DNA of 63,824 bases, the filler included, from Stramenopiles sp. TOSAG23-3 (Eukaryota), in the NCBI GenBank assembly GCA_900128585.1. It is 10 parts of 10 records of this genome, joined end to end, with 100 filler letters (N's around TTAATTAATTAA, not from the genome) between each part and the next. Parts side by side here need not be neighbours in the genome. Positions count along the whole stretch, not along the records: positions 8,454 to 16,795 come from LT643031.1; positions 16,896 to 25,235 come from LT643032.1; 8 more parts are not named here. One strand, written 5' to 3'. Made by a program: the position numbers and the translations under genes. Position 1 is the first letter of the stretch; each line of letters opens with the position of its first letter. Positions 10,836 to 20,135 of the stretch are shown here, piece after piece. Under the pieces are notes generated by a model, which worked only from the letters and a program-made list of their open reading frames with translations, ran no database searches and was not told the origin of the DNA.

Positions 10836-12161
10836 ATGGCGTCGCTTTCAGTAAAGGGTGGTAACGTTCAAGAAAGGAGAGAGGAAGATGCTAACTTGAA
10901 ACTCGAAGACCTTGGGCTTGCATGTCCTCTCGAATCAGAAACACAGGTGCCAGGTTGGGTGCAAACGCTAGGAAAATATTTATCTGTTGTAGGATCATTG
11001 CACGACTTGCTCATCCAGGCGGCTCCAGAAGACGTGGAGATTCGGCAGTTGGAACATGCTTCGACCTCGTTCTTGGCTAGCAAGAAGTTGTCCGCTTACA
11101 AACATAACCCGTACTCGTTCGACAGCAACCCAGAAGTCTTTTCTCGCCACAACGCAGTCACGATCGTAGACTTCTTGTCGACGTGCGTACAAATAGAAAA
11201 TGTTCTTTTCGTAGACCGCAACGAGGAGGAATTTTCTATGCGAAAGCCAGTAGGGCGGAGCAGCGATGCGAAGGACGTCGATGAAGATTTTTTTGTTTCG
11301 TCGTTACGTCGGACTTGTGCACGTTTGAAGATACCGTCGAAAGGATTCTCGAGCAGTGAGCTGTTGGAACGGATCCAAAGCAAGGTCGATTCCGTGAAGC
11401 GAAAGCTGCCAAAGGAATATTTTGACCCGACTCGTCGTATTGTATCTAAAAATGGAATGACAGCAGAGGACATGCAGCTCTTGAAAAAGATCGGGGCGGC
11501 TATGGAAGAAGATCATGCAGTTCGGCGAAAGATGCTCATAAAGCGGCTGGACGTGACGTTGCAGAGCTTTCTGTGGAGCGATAAAGTAGTTGGGAACGAG
11601 GAGGAATTCTTAAACGCGGTGGACCCTCTAGTCAGCGCGATAAAGAAAGACCCCGAGCCTGTCGATGTCATGTCGGTGTTTGATGCAACGCCCAACTTGG
11701 TGGAGGACACCGAAACTCGCGTTACGGAACGTTCTCTTCCTAGCAGTATGAAGAATGTTCTGATTGGTAATGTCCCCGATCGAGGTGGACGGGCAAACGA
11801 AATGCGGCCGAAGTTGTCTGATATAATGCCCGGTTGGAGTAACCGGAAGACTGGCAGCGCCAAGCACCATGATCGTGGGCGCCCAAAGAACCATAATCAC
11901 CACCAGTCTCGCAAAGGGCGCGGGCGGAGCAAAGACCACAAGCAGAAGAACGACGGCGCGCGTGGGCAGAGCGGGGATCGTTCGAAGAGTAGGGATAGGA
12001 AGAACAAAAAGCGCCACCACCAGCAAAACAGTAAGAACCACAAAAATGGCGGCAGTGGAAAAGACAATGCCAAAAACGGTGGGGGGAATAATAGTTTTTT
12101 CAAGAGTGAAAATGGGAGAGGAAAAAAAGGTAGTGGCAATCGTAGGTTTGTTGCGGATTGA
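10836..12161 (+). CDS. FAM98: FAM98 family protein (tRNA-ligase-complex subunit-like) with a basic low-complexity tail
   Basis: RRKMLIKRLDVTLQSFLWSDK and VLIGNVPDRGGRANE are hallmark FAM98 motifs. The C-terminus is rich in K/R/G/N/H. Confidence 0.85.
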   Translation: MASLSVKGGNVQERREEDANLKLEDLGLACPLESETQVPGWVQTLGKYLSVVGSLHDLLIQAAPEDVEIRQLEHASTSFLASKKLSAYKHNPYSFDSNPEVFSRHNAVTIVDFLSTCVQIENVLFVDRNEEEFSMRKPVGRSSDAKDVDEDFFVSSLRRTCARLKIPSKGFSSSELLERIQSKVDSVKRKLPKEYFDPTRRIVSKNGMTAEDMQLLKKIGAAMEEDHAVRRKMLIKRLDVTLQSFLWSDKVVGNEEEFLNAVDPLVSAIKKDPEPVDVMSVFDATPNLVEDTETRVTERSLPSSMKNVLIGNVPDRGGRANEMRPKLSDIMPGWSNRKTGSAKHHDRGRPKNHNHHQSRKGRGRSKDHKQKNDGARGQSGDRSKSRDRKNKKRHHQQNSKNHKNGGSGKDNAKNGGGNNSFFKSENGRGKKGSGNRRFVAD

Positions 12162-12231
12162 GATGCTACAATGTTTTTTCTTCTTCCACCACAGGCTTCT
12201 GGTAGACGACTATTAATTTATAATTTCACGC

Positions 12232-12275
12232 ACGTGAATTCAATTTAATTGTGACGTGAATTCAATTTAATTGTG
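12232..12275 (+). repeat. 22-bp tandem duplication
   Basis: acgtgaattcaatttaattgtg twice. Confidence 0.85.
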
Positions 12276-12744
12276 ATGAAATTTGCGATTATTTTTGTGT
12301 CGTCCTTCTCCTTCGGACATAAAAAATTATTATTGATAGGTTAATACAACATTTTATAAGTATGATATATAGTATTTTAAAGTTTAGTTTCTGTACGTAT
12401 TTTGGGAAAACTTTAACATCGTACGTATTTTAATGTGGTTTACGGGAACGTATGTAATATTCTTAAAAATTACGGTGACGCAACTCGTACTCAGAAATGT
12501 TGTACAGAAATCAAATCAGTAGAAGCACTATATACCGCACGAGTAATGGAGCGCCGACGTTTCGAGGTTGAGTCATACACTCCTCTACGTGCTCATTTTT
12601 CTCTTTTTTCATTGAATTGGACGATGCTGCAGCAATCACTGCTGAGCATGAACATTGCAAATTTGAAGAAACTTACCCTTTTCTGAAGACAGGTTCCAAA
12701 CCAATCTTCAACAGCAAAGGTTTTCTTGAAATTTGTACGAATGG

Positions 12745-13275
12745 TCAAAATGTATACTTGAGTGCAACCCGGACAGGCTTCTTCTCATTGGTCGCTGGGT
12801 CTAACGCCTCCGGCCATTTCGTTACTCGGCGATTCAATATTTCTATCCCGTCAACAATTTTCATGTCCACAGGTGGTTCAGGTTGTTTCGGCACCGCGCT
12901 GAAACTTCTAGTGCTAGGCATACTATCTTTTGAGACTGTTTGGTCAGAAGCGACGGCAAGAGTACTCGTGGTCGCAGTGGACGGGGAAGGAGCGGCAGGC
13001 TGCGCCGTAGCTGCATGCCCTGCAGTAGGGATCGGCACGGACGCTGTCGGTGGGGGAGGTGCTACCTCCTTCTTTACTCGTTTCTTGCTAAGGTTTGTCC
13101 TTACGTTGGATTCGGAGCTCTCCAAATTTTCCACGGCATCAATCATGTCATCGACAGTTCGCTTGATCTTTCGCTTCGACCCTGCAAAACCAGTGGGGGG
13201 ATCTGCATGGCCGCTTCGAGTGTTGACGCCAACGCCACTCTTCTCGGCGTTATCGACTCCGGCGAGCGTTTGCAT
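12745..13275 (-). CDS. Hypothetical, largely disordered protein with basic NLS-like patches; 3' end probably spliced
   Basis: ATG at 13275 after an A-rich leader; KRKIKR and KKRVKK patches. GC-rich sequence continues past the stop, with a GTAAGT donor near 12677. Confidence 0.55.
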   Translation of the reverse strand: MQTLAGVDNAEKSGVGVNTRSGHADPPTGFAGSKRKIKRTVDDMIDAVENLESSESNVRTNLSKKRVKKEVAPPPPTASVPIPTAGHAATAQPAAPSPSTATTSTLAVASDQTVSKDSMPSTRSFSAVPKQPEPPVDMKIVDGIEILNRRVTKWPEALDPATNEKKPVRVALKYTF

Positions 13276-14649
13276 TGTTGTTTCTTTGTTCAACTATGAT
13301 ACAGACACGACGGTTAAAATTACGACTTTCAAACCATTTATGTAATCAAATTTAATTGTGTAGAAAGAATTGTTTCACTAACATCTAGATTCTTTTCATG
13401 GGCCGTAAAAGGGGAATGCATACCCCTGTACTAATATACGAATTGTAGGAAAAGGGTCTGAGGACTCCCTCCACCGCCGTCGATTTTTGTTATTATTATA
13501 TTATTATTTTTGTTATTTTCGTCCTCCCATCAACACACCAACCACCAAGATGAAAATTCCCGCACTTATCTTGTAACATATACACAGCATACTAATAGAA
13601 AACAAATTACCTCGTTTTTGTGTTTAAAATCGCTTCTTCGGTAATAAAAAAATAAAAAAGAACTAAAAAAAAAGAAAGATAAAACTAGTTCAAGTTATTC
13701 TTTGTGCTATGTACCTGTAAATATTTTCAATTTGTTTTTACTTTTTTTTTTGTATTTTTTTGTTGTTGTTGTTGTGATAAAACTTTGGGGAAGCATTGAG
13801 GGGATGTGATGAAGATTGATTTTAACCAATGCTCTGTTTATATTATAATATTAAAACTAACAAAAAAAAATTAGGCAGATGACACTTCTTCCCCCAAAAA
13901 TAATAATAAGGAAATCGAACGCTTTATGTTTCTATTCTATTTTAATTTTTGAAATATTTTGTATTGTATTTAATAATTTAGTATATAATACATCCTATAT
14001 AATAATTTAAATTTAAATTTTTCTTTAACTACGTTCCAACGTATTTTAAAATATAGATGAAAATGAAAATTCGCGCTAAATTATTGAATTCCCCTAAAGC
14101 TAATGCTTCCCCCTCTCTTTTCAAATTTATTCTCTGTACTATGTAGATGTATTATATTTTAAATTTTGTTTTTTCTTCTGCTCTTATTACAACTCTGGTT
14201 TTGTTGGCTCTTTTTTTGTTTTAGTTAAATTTTATTCTCGTATTAGTCGGTCTAGCTATATAAATACAGTGTAATAAGTACGTACGTAGACGACTAAGAA
14301 AGAAACAACATCATCTACAATGTACAAACAAACCGGTAAAATCCTTCTGAACTAAATAGTAGAATAACTATTAATAGTCTAATTAAGCAAAGAAAGACAC
14401 TAGACACTATAATAATAAAATTAAAAAAATACGGTATCGTAATAAAAAACAAATACATTCACTAATACTAGTGTTTAATATTAGGGTTTATGTAGAATTT
14501 TGAAGAGTTTGGTATTTTTTTATATTAAAATATTTCTAACTTTTTAGTCTTCTTGGCAGAATTTTTAAATGATAATTTAAGAAAATATAATGTATTATCT
14601 TCTTTTCAGACAACAGTTCCGACTACATTACTTCCAACAAAATAACTTA

Positions 14650-15963
14650 TCATTCGAATTTATAGAATGCTATTTTGTTCTCAGCAAACAATGGTAGAAC
14701 CACTTCAGCAAACCCATCGCCGTCCAGGTCACTGACGGCAGGTGTCCCCACGGTCCCCGTGCTGTTTGCCATGCGTATCTTTTCGTACTGAAAGGGGGAG
14801 TCGCCTATTGGGACGAGAAGGTCATAGTATCCGGCGTCGTCGCCTGACACCAAAATGGATGGTAGCTTGTCGGTCTTCTTGTTTACAAAAAACGATTTCG
14901 CTGTGCCTGGGGCGCCTCTCCCTGGCAAGAATGCCTTTGTCGGCTTGTACCCGTCTGCGAGACGGTGAACGGTCCACTTGGCATCTTTGATTTTGAAGTC
15001 TGCAGGCTGCTCGTACGCAAACACAGCCCCTTTCCCATTCGCAGTGTTCGTCGTTGCGAGCAGATCTTTTTTCCCGTCGTTGTTCAAGTCAACCCATTCC
15101 ACGTTAAAAAACGGAGCTCCTTCTGCTGCATCAATTACGGCCGACCCAACATTTGTCCCGTTCGTGCAGTCCGACCAGTGCCCTTCCGGAGAATCACACC
15201 ACCACAAAGAGAGCTGCTGCTTGGCAAAAAACTGGGACGCCACCACTTCCATCTGGTTGTCATTATCCAGGTCGCAGAGTGTAAAACCGACTCCAGGCCC
15301 ATCGTCCCCAGTTATCTGTCGTTCCACCCACGGATTCCCATTGTTCTTGAAATCGCCTTCGGGCTGTTCCAACCATACCAAGTTCGTTTTGGATTTGGCA
15401 AATGGGTTGAGGCTGGATTTGTACGCCCTCGCCGCCAAGATGTCTTTTCTACCGTCCCCATTGACGTCGTGGAACACTGCGTGATGGTAAAAGTAGTTTT
15501 TTTCGGGGACAGAGACCGTGGTTTTAGTCGAGTACGGAAATTTTGAAATATCAAGTAGAGAAATACTACCAGTTGCCTTTCCAGGGGACACAAAGAAGCC
15601 ACTCGCCGTCAGCAGGAAGGAAGCGTTTGGCGCCGATACGATTGTACCTTGCGCAACACTGTTCGCTTGGTTCGGCCATTTCATCGTGTCGTCTATTGTG
15701 GAAATTTTTAGAGACGACTGCTTCCCATCAAAGGCGCTTGTAACGTTCGGCACGCAATACACGCCATCTTTTCCAAACGGGAAAAACGTTGTTAGAATCA
15801 GTGCAGGTTCGCCTCCTGGAAAGTTGTAATCCAGAGTTGCTACTGCCACATGGTCTAACGCGACCTCGTTAACGCGTTTGAAAGAGGGCGGGTTCGTAGC
15901 GCAGCAAGTGCTTGCGCAAACAAGGACCAGTGAGACCGCCGTGAGTCTGACCAACAAAGCCAT
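14650..15963 (-). CDS. Secreted FG-GAP/VCBS-repeat beta-propeller protein
   Basis: Signal peptide MALLVRLTAVSLVLVCASTCCA. Ca-binding repeats DVNGDGRKD, DLDNDNQME, DLNNDGKKD, DLDGDGFAE. Confidence 0.85.
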   Translation of the reverse strand: MALLVRLTAVSLVLVCASTCCATNPPSFKRVNEVALDHVAVATLDYNFPGGEPALILTTFFPFGKDGVYCVPNVTSAFDGKQSSLKISTIDDTMKWPNQANSVAQGTIVSAPNASFLLTASGFFVSPGKATGSISLLDISKFPYSTKTTVSVPEKNYFYHHAVFHDVNGDGRKDILAARAYKSSLNPFAKSKTNLVWLEQPEGDFKNNGNPWVERQITGDDGPGVGFTLCDLDNDNQMEVVASQFFAKQQLSLWWCDSPEGHWSDCTNGTNVGSAVIDAAEGAPFFNVEWVDLNNDGKKDLLATTNTANGKGAVFAYEQPADFKIKDAKWTVHRLADGYKPTKAFLPGRGAPGTAKSFFVNKKTDKLPSILVSGDDAGYYDLLVPIGDSPFQYEKIRMANSTGTVGTPAVSDLDGDGFAEVVLPLFAENKIAFYKFE

Positions 15964-16374
15964 TGTACACAATTTGGGATGCAATGTGCTAAACTAGAAC
16001 CGGTATATGATTTGAAAGGCCGTTTGCGATAGAACTACAGGAAGAATGGTTTGAGTTTGGGAATGGAAGTTAGCCACAAGTTGTGGCACTCCCACTACCT
16101 ATATTTGATTAGTCTTGGCAACCCAAACCTTTTGTTGTGCGCGCGTACAGTAGTTTTAGTAGCAGAGAAGGAGGAGGTACCCAGTGGTATGCGGGTATTA
16201 AATATCAATTGTATTTACGATCAGTAGAAAAAAAGGAGGTAATGGAAGAAGAAAAAAATACTACGTACTAGATCACAAGCAGGAGTAATTACAACGAACA
16301 AATCGAATATTCGATTTGTAAAATAGTACGGACAATTGTATAGTACCTATAATTATATAGGTATATGAAATTAT

Positions 16375-16795
16375 TCAATTATCCGAGGGAAAACTGACAC
16401 GTTTCCCGTTCAAAACACAGACGACACGGCGGCGTTTAGGTTTAGCGTCCCTATTAGTCACGTAGGGCTTCATCGCTGGGTCAGTCCGGTCTCGATTCAG
16501 TGTCACGCTCACATATGGCAGTCCAAGACCCCACTGCCGTCCTTTCCGTGGATCACTATTTCCATCCATGCCCCTCGGCAATACCCGTTCGCCGCCAACG
16601 TAAGTTACCACCCGGCGGGTACCCACGCCTTCCACATTCACTACGGGAAAGGCAGGTTTCTTAGAAACTTTTGCAGCCTCTGCACGCTCGATTATTTTCA
16701 CCTCTCGTCTCACGGCATGCGCGGCATTTTGTCTTGCACGCCTGGCTTCCAATTTGGCTTCCTGCTTTTGCTTTTTGACGGCTTTGTCTGCAAGC
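16375..16795 (-). CDS. C-terminal fragment of an unknown basic protein (5' part lost at the contig end)
   Basis: Frame is open from the contig edge to TGA at 16375, with coding-like GC content. Confidence 0.55.
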
Positions 16796-16895
16796 NNNNN
16801 NNNNNNNNNNNNNNNNNNNNNNNNNNNNNNNNNNNNNNNTTAATTAATTAANNNNNNNNNNNNNNNNNNNNNNNNNNNNNNNNNNNNNNNNNNNN

Positions 16896-16974
16896 GCTTT
16901 CCTTGTTCCAGCCATCAAACGCGTGTATCCTCCTCAAAAATTTTAAACGTTTGTTCATTATCTCTCTCTGCAAC
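16896..16974 (-). repeat. 79-bp inverted copy of 20909-20987 (probable chimera/assembly artefact)
   Basis: Exact reverse complement of part of the cNMP gene, at the contig start. Confidence 0.9.
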
Positions 16975-17748
16975 ATTTCGCAGGTGCTGGAGCCTTGGTT
17001 TGATCCCATCAAAGGTGCGGCTAACAACATGGTGTGCGTAAAGCGAAGAACTTACACGGTCGAATGCAACTGGAAGTTTTTAATGGAAAACACGTGTGAA
17101 ACGTACCATACGTCCGTGGTCCATAAAAACAGTTTGGGGCCCATGGCGGCGACGCCAGTGGAGCCCCACGATGGCGATTGGGATGCCGTAGTCGTCCCGT
17201 CCGAGAGGTCGATTGTACCATTGCCAGACGATTTCTCGGGGAAACAGTTTCCCCTTCCTGCGTTCACGGATAAGACTGCGTTTGCGAACGTCTTCCCGTC
17301 TACTCAAGTAAATGCTACCTGGGATTGCCTTTGGGTGATGCGCTTGCTGCCCCTAGGGCCGAGCACCACAGAGATTGAAATGATGTTCTGCTTTCCCCGG
17401 GACACCGTAAAGGAACCCGACTTCAATGGTGTCCTGCAGCACTACTTGAAACGCTGGCACATTGCCGTTACGGAGGACAATACAATTTCTTTGAACCAAA
17501 AGAAGGGCGTCATGTCCCCGTTTCGGGTACCCGGTAGATTTTCTCACCTAGAATTTGGAACTCATAATTTTAACAACTGGCTGGTCTCACGAACGGTCGA
17601 TGGCGCTGCCCGGAACGGCTGGAACCCTGGGAGACGAGTGTTCATTGGGCAGGTGGTGAAAGTCGATGATGCGGAACAGCAGAAGATGAACAAAGTGATT
17701 GATGAAGCGGAAAAGAGTGGTCTTCTTACATTTCGTGAGGGGCTCTGA
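16975..17748 (+). CDS. Rieske non-heme iron oxygenase alpha subunit, C-terminal catalytic domain (choline/carnitine monooxygenase-like); N-terminal Rieske domain missing
   Basis: CNWKFLMENTCETYHTSVVH carries the two His ligands and EDNTISLNQKKG the Asp ligand. The 5' part is replaced by the inverted 79-bp segment. Confidence 0.8.
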   Translation: MSQVLEPWFDPIKGAANNMVCVKRRTYTVECNWKFLMENTCETYHTSVVHKNSLGPMAATPVEPHDGDWDAVVVPSERSIVPLPDDFSGKQFPLPAFTDKTAFANVFPSTQVNATWDCLWVMRLLPLGPSTTEIEMMFCFPRDTVKEPDFNGVLQHYLKRWHIAVTEDNTISLNQKKGVMSPFRVPGRFSHLEFGTHNFNNWLVSRTVDGAARNGWNPGRRVFIGQVVKVDDAEQQKMNKVIDEAEKSGLLTFREGL

Positions 17749-18126
17749 ACAGAGCAAAGGTTTTGTTTTTAATTTTTAAATCAAAATTAATTGACTAGAA
17801 GGGCACAAAAACGCGTCGCATGGAAAGTAACAAAAGAGACATTTAATTTTTTTGTTATCATAGTTTTATATTGCACCGCCGATCGAAAATATCACAAACG
17901 ACCCTCCCCCGACATCTCAACCCACAGATAACAACCCCTTGACCAATNNNNNNNNNNNNNNNNNNNNNNNNNNNNNNNNNNATGAGGAAGTTGATTACGG
18001 TTCATCTGCAAGCACTGCCAATTCAGATACCGCTCCGGATAGTTCATGGACTCCACTTTTTAAAAAAATGATTGACAATCATCAATGAGACGAAATTACA
18101 GAACCAATTTTGGATTAGGGTACGAC

Positions 18127-18200
18127 GAAGCTAAATTTTAATTACTTAAATAACAGCCAATTTTCTTGTTTTTATAATCTTAAATAACAGCCAGTTTTAT
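18127..18200 (+). repeat. Dispersed AT-rich repeat, core AAATAACAGCCAATTTTCTTGTTT
   Basis: 18127-18174 matches 37602-37649 with one mismatch. The core also occurs at about 8542, 18181, 23907, 37241 and (inverted) 37471-37500. Confidence 0.8.
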
Positions 18201-18374
18201 ATTAAACATTTAACATATTACTCGTATGATACCCTTTTAAAGAATTATATGCATTTAGGAAAAGGAAGATTATGTAATTCTTAAAACTTATTACTGAGTA
18301 AGTATTGTACACCGAGGGACATGATACAAGGTACGGTACTCTGTACAGGTATGCGGCGTTACAACTTTAGCGGT

Positions 18375-19406
18375 TCACAATCTGCTGTTGTTACGAGCAA
18401 TTACTCCCAGGTTCAAAAGAGAAGAGCACCCGTCAGTGATACTATCCGCTACGTCGATAAAGGAGACGCCGAGGAACTTGCGGGCCTTTTCATTCGAGTA
18501 AGTCAGATATTGTAGCGGCGGCCCGGCCGATTTCAATGGCACGGGGAAATGATCGAACTTCCCCGATGCTTTCAGGGCCTTTGCAATGTCTAGCTGGGGG
18601 ATGGAGTTCTCACTCGTAAGAAGAAATCTTGCCTGGTCTTTGGAGTTTTTCAAACCCTGGGTTCCCAAATCAACTCGCATAGCATTCACGTGGGCAGTCG
18701 CAACGTTGCGGACATCGACGCACCCAAATGCAGACGCTTTCACTTCCTCCATGGACCCGTCAATTAGTCCTTTCATGAAAGAGACGGATGCTGCGTCCGT
18801 GCGCTTGATTAGTATGGGGCCAAGAATGAAGCTGGGGCATATCGTGACGAGGTCTGTGCCACCTAAGCTGCGAACAAATCTCCAGGCCGCTTGCTCCGCT
18901 AGTCGCTTCGACATTCGATATGGTCCGTTCTCCAACGTGTTGTCTTCTTGCCAGTCATCCTCGTTCCACACGTGGTTTTTGCCGCCAGGGTGTGCATTGG
19001 CGTTGGCCCACGTCACCGCAGCGCAGCTCGACGTGAGAATTATCCTTTTCACGCCAGTGCCTACTCGCTTCACCGATTCGAGCACATTCATGGTCCCATC
19101 TAAAGCCGGGCGGATAAAACCTTCCTGTGCGCCAATCTCTGGGGTGTTGAAAAAAAAAGGGGACGCACAGTGGTGAAGGTACGTACAGCCTCGAATGGCG
19201 TCATCAAACGACCCAGGTATCAACAAATCGCACCCCCCGTACACTTCGACGCCAATGGATTCCAAGTATTCAGTTTTTGCAGGACTCTTTGTCCGAACCG
19301 TAGCTCGGACTTTGTACAGCCCTGAATCGACGAGCGTTTTGCAAACGTGGGACCCCAGAAATCCAGATGCCCCAGTGACACAGACAATAGGCTTTGCGAA
19401 ACTCAT
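18375..19406 (-). CDS. NAD(P)-dependent extended SDR, cinnamoyl-CoA reductase/DFR-like, with C-terminal PTS1
   Basis: VCVTGASGFLGSHV, HCASPF, LTSSCAAV, YRMSK catalytic motif; ends SRL. Confidence 0.9.
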   Translation of the reverse strand: MSFAKPIVCVTGASGFLGSHVCKTLVDSGLYKVRATVRTKSPAKTEYLESIGVEVYGGCDLLIPGSFDDAIRGCTYLHHCASPFFFNTPEIGAQEGFIRPALDGTMNVLESVKRVGTGVKRIILTSSCAAVTWANANAHPGGKNHVWNEDDWQEDNTLENGPYRMSKRLAEQAAWRFVRSLGGTDLVTICPSFILGPILIKRTDAASVSFMKGLIDGSMEEVKASAFGCVDVRNVATAHVNAMRVDLGTQGLKNSKDQARFLLTSENSIPQLDIAKALKASGKFDHFPVPLKSAGPPLQYLTYSNEKARKFLGVSFIDVADSITDGCSSLLNLGVIARNNSRL

Positions 19407-20135
19407 AAAACAGGAAGGAGGAGGAGGAGGAGAGAGACTTTTATCGTTGTTGCGAATTCGGTGCCTTCTTTTACGTGAAGCTATAAATTCAAGTCGGAAA
19501 AAAGATTGTATAGAAGCAAGAAGTTTGCTATTTTTTTATTCACGAAGTCTTGTATATCTAACAAGAACGAGGGGGGATCGGGTAGGATGAGTGGTGGACG
19601 TTGTGGTGTTAAATACCAAGTATGTGCTGAAACTATTATAGATTAAAAGCTTACGTATATTATTGTCACATTTGCTATGGCCCGATTTTTAGTGTTAATA
19701 TTAGGGTATATGGAAATAGCTCATAACATAATAAGTAAGTAAATTAAGGGAGTTTCAGGTATTATTTTATTATACCAGGAGATACGGTACCAGGATCCAT
19801 GATCCATTTGGGCATTTGGGCGCCTAGGCATCATTATGATATTTACTTAAATGTGTAACGTATAAAAATTCTTTATATAATTACATACACAGTATATATT
19901 ATAGTCTAGTATATCTAAAAATAGTAAACACTATATCAAATACAATCGCGCAAATAAAATAATGTTTGTCCTCATTTTGTTCGTTACTTCAAATAAATAA
20001 TAAGTAGTTTATATATAGATAAAGATTCAAATTTGAGATATGCAAGATAGTCTGATTAAGATTTAATCGTCTCATGACTATAAAAAACTCACTAGGTAAA
20101 TCAATTCTACAGATAGATAAACAAATACATAGAAG

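Noticed and set aside
12595..12750. TGA recoding (Trp or Sec) extending the orphan ORF
   Set aside because: TGA ends several well-defined genes here, no conserved gene has an in-frame TGA, and splicing is a simpler explanation.
17860..18088. Small ORF across the internal N gap (..IAPPIENITND..EEVDYGSS..NHQ)
   Set aside because: No start codon or reliable splice path, and the frame across the gap cannot be determined.
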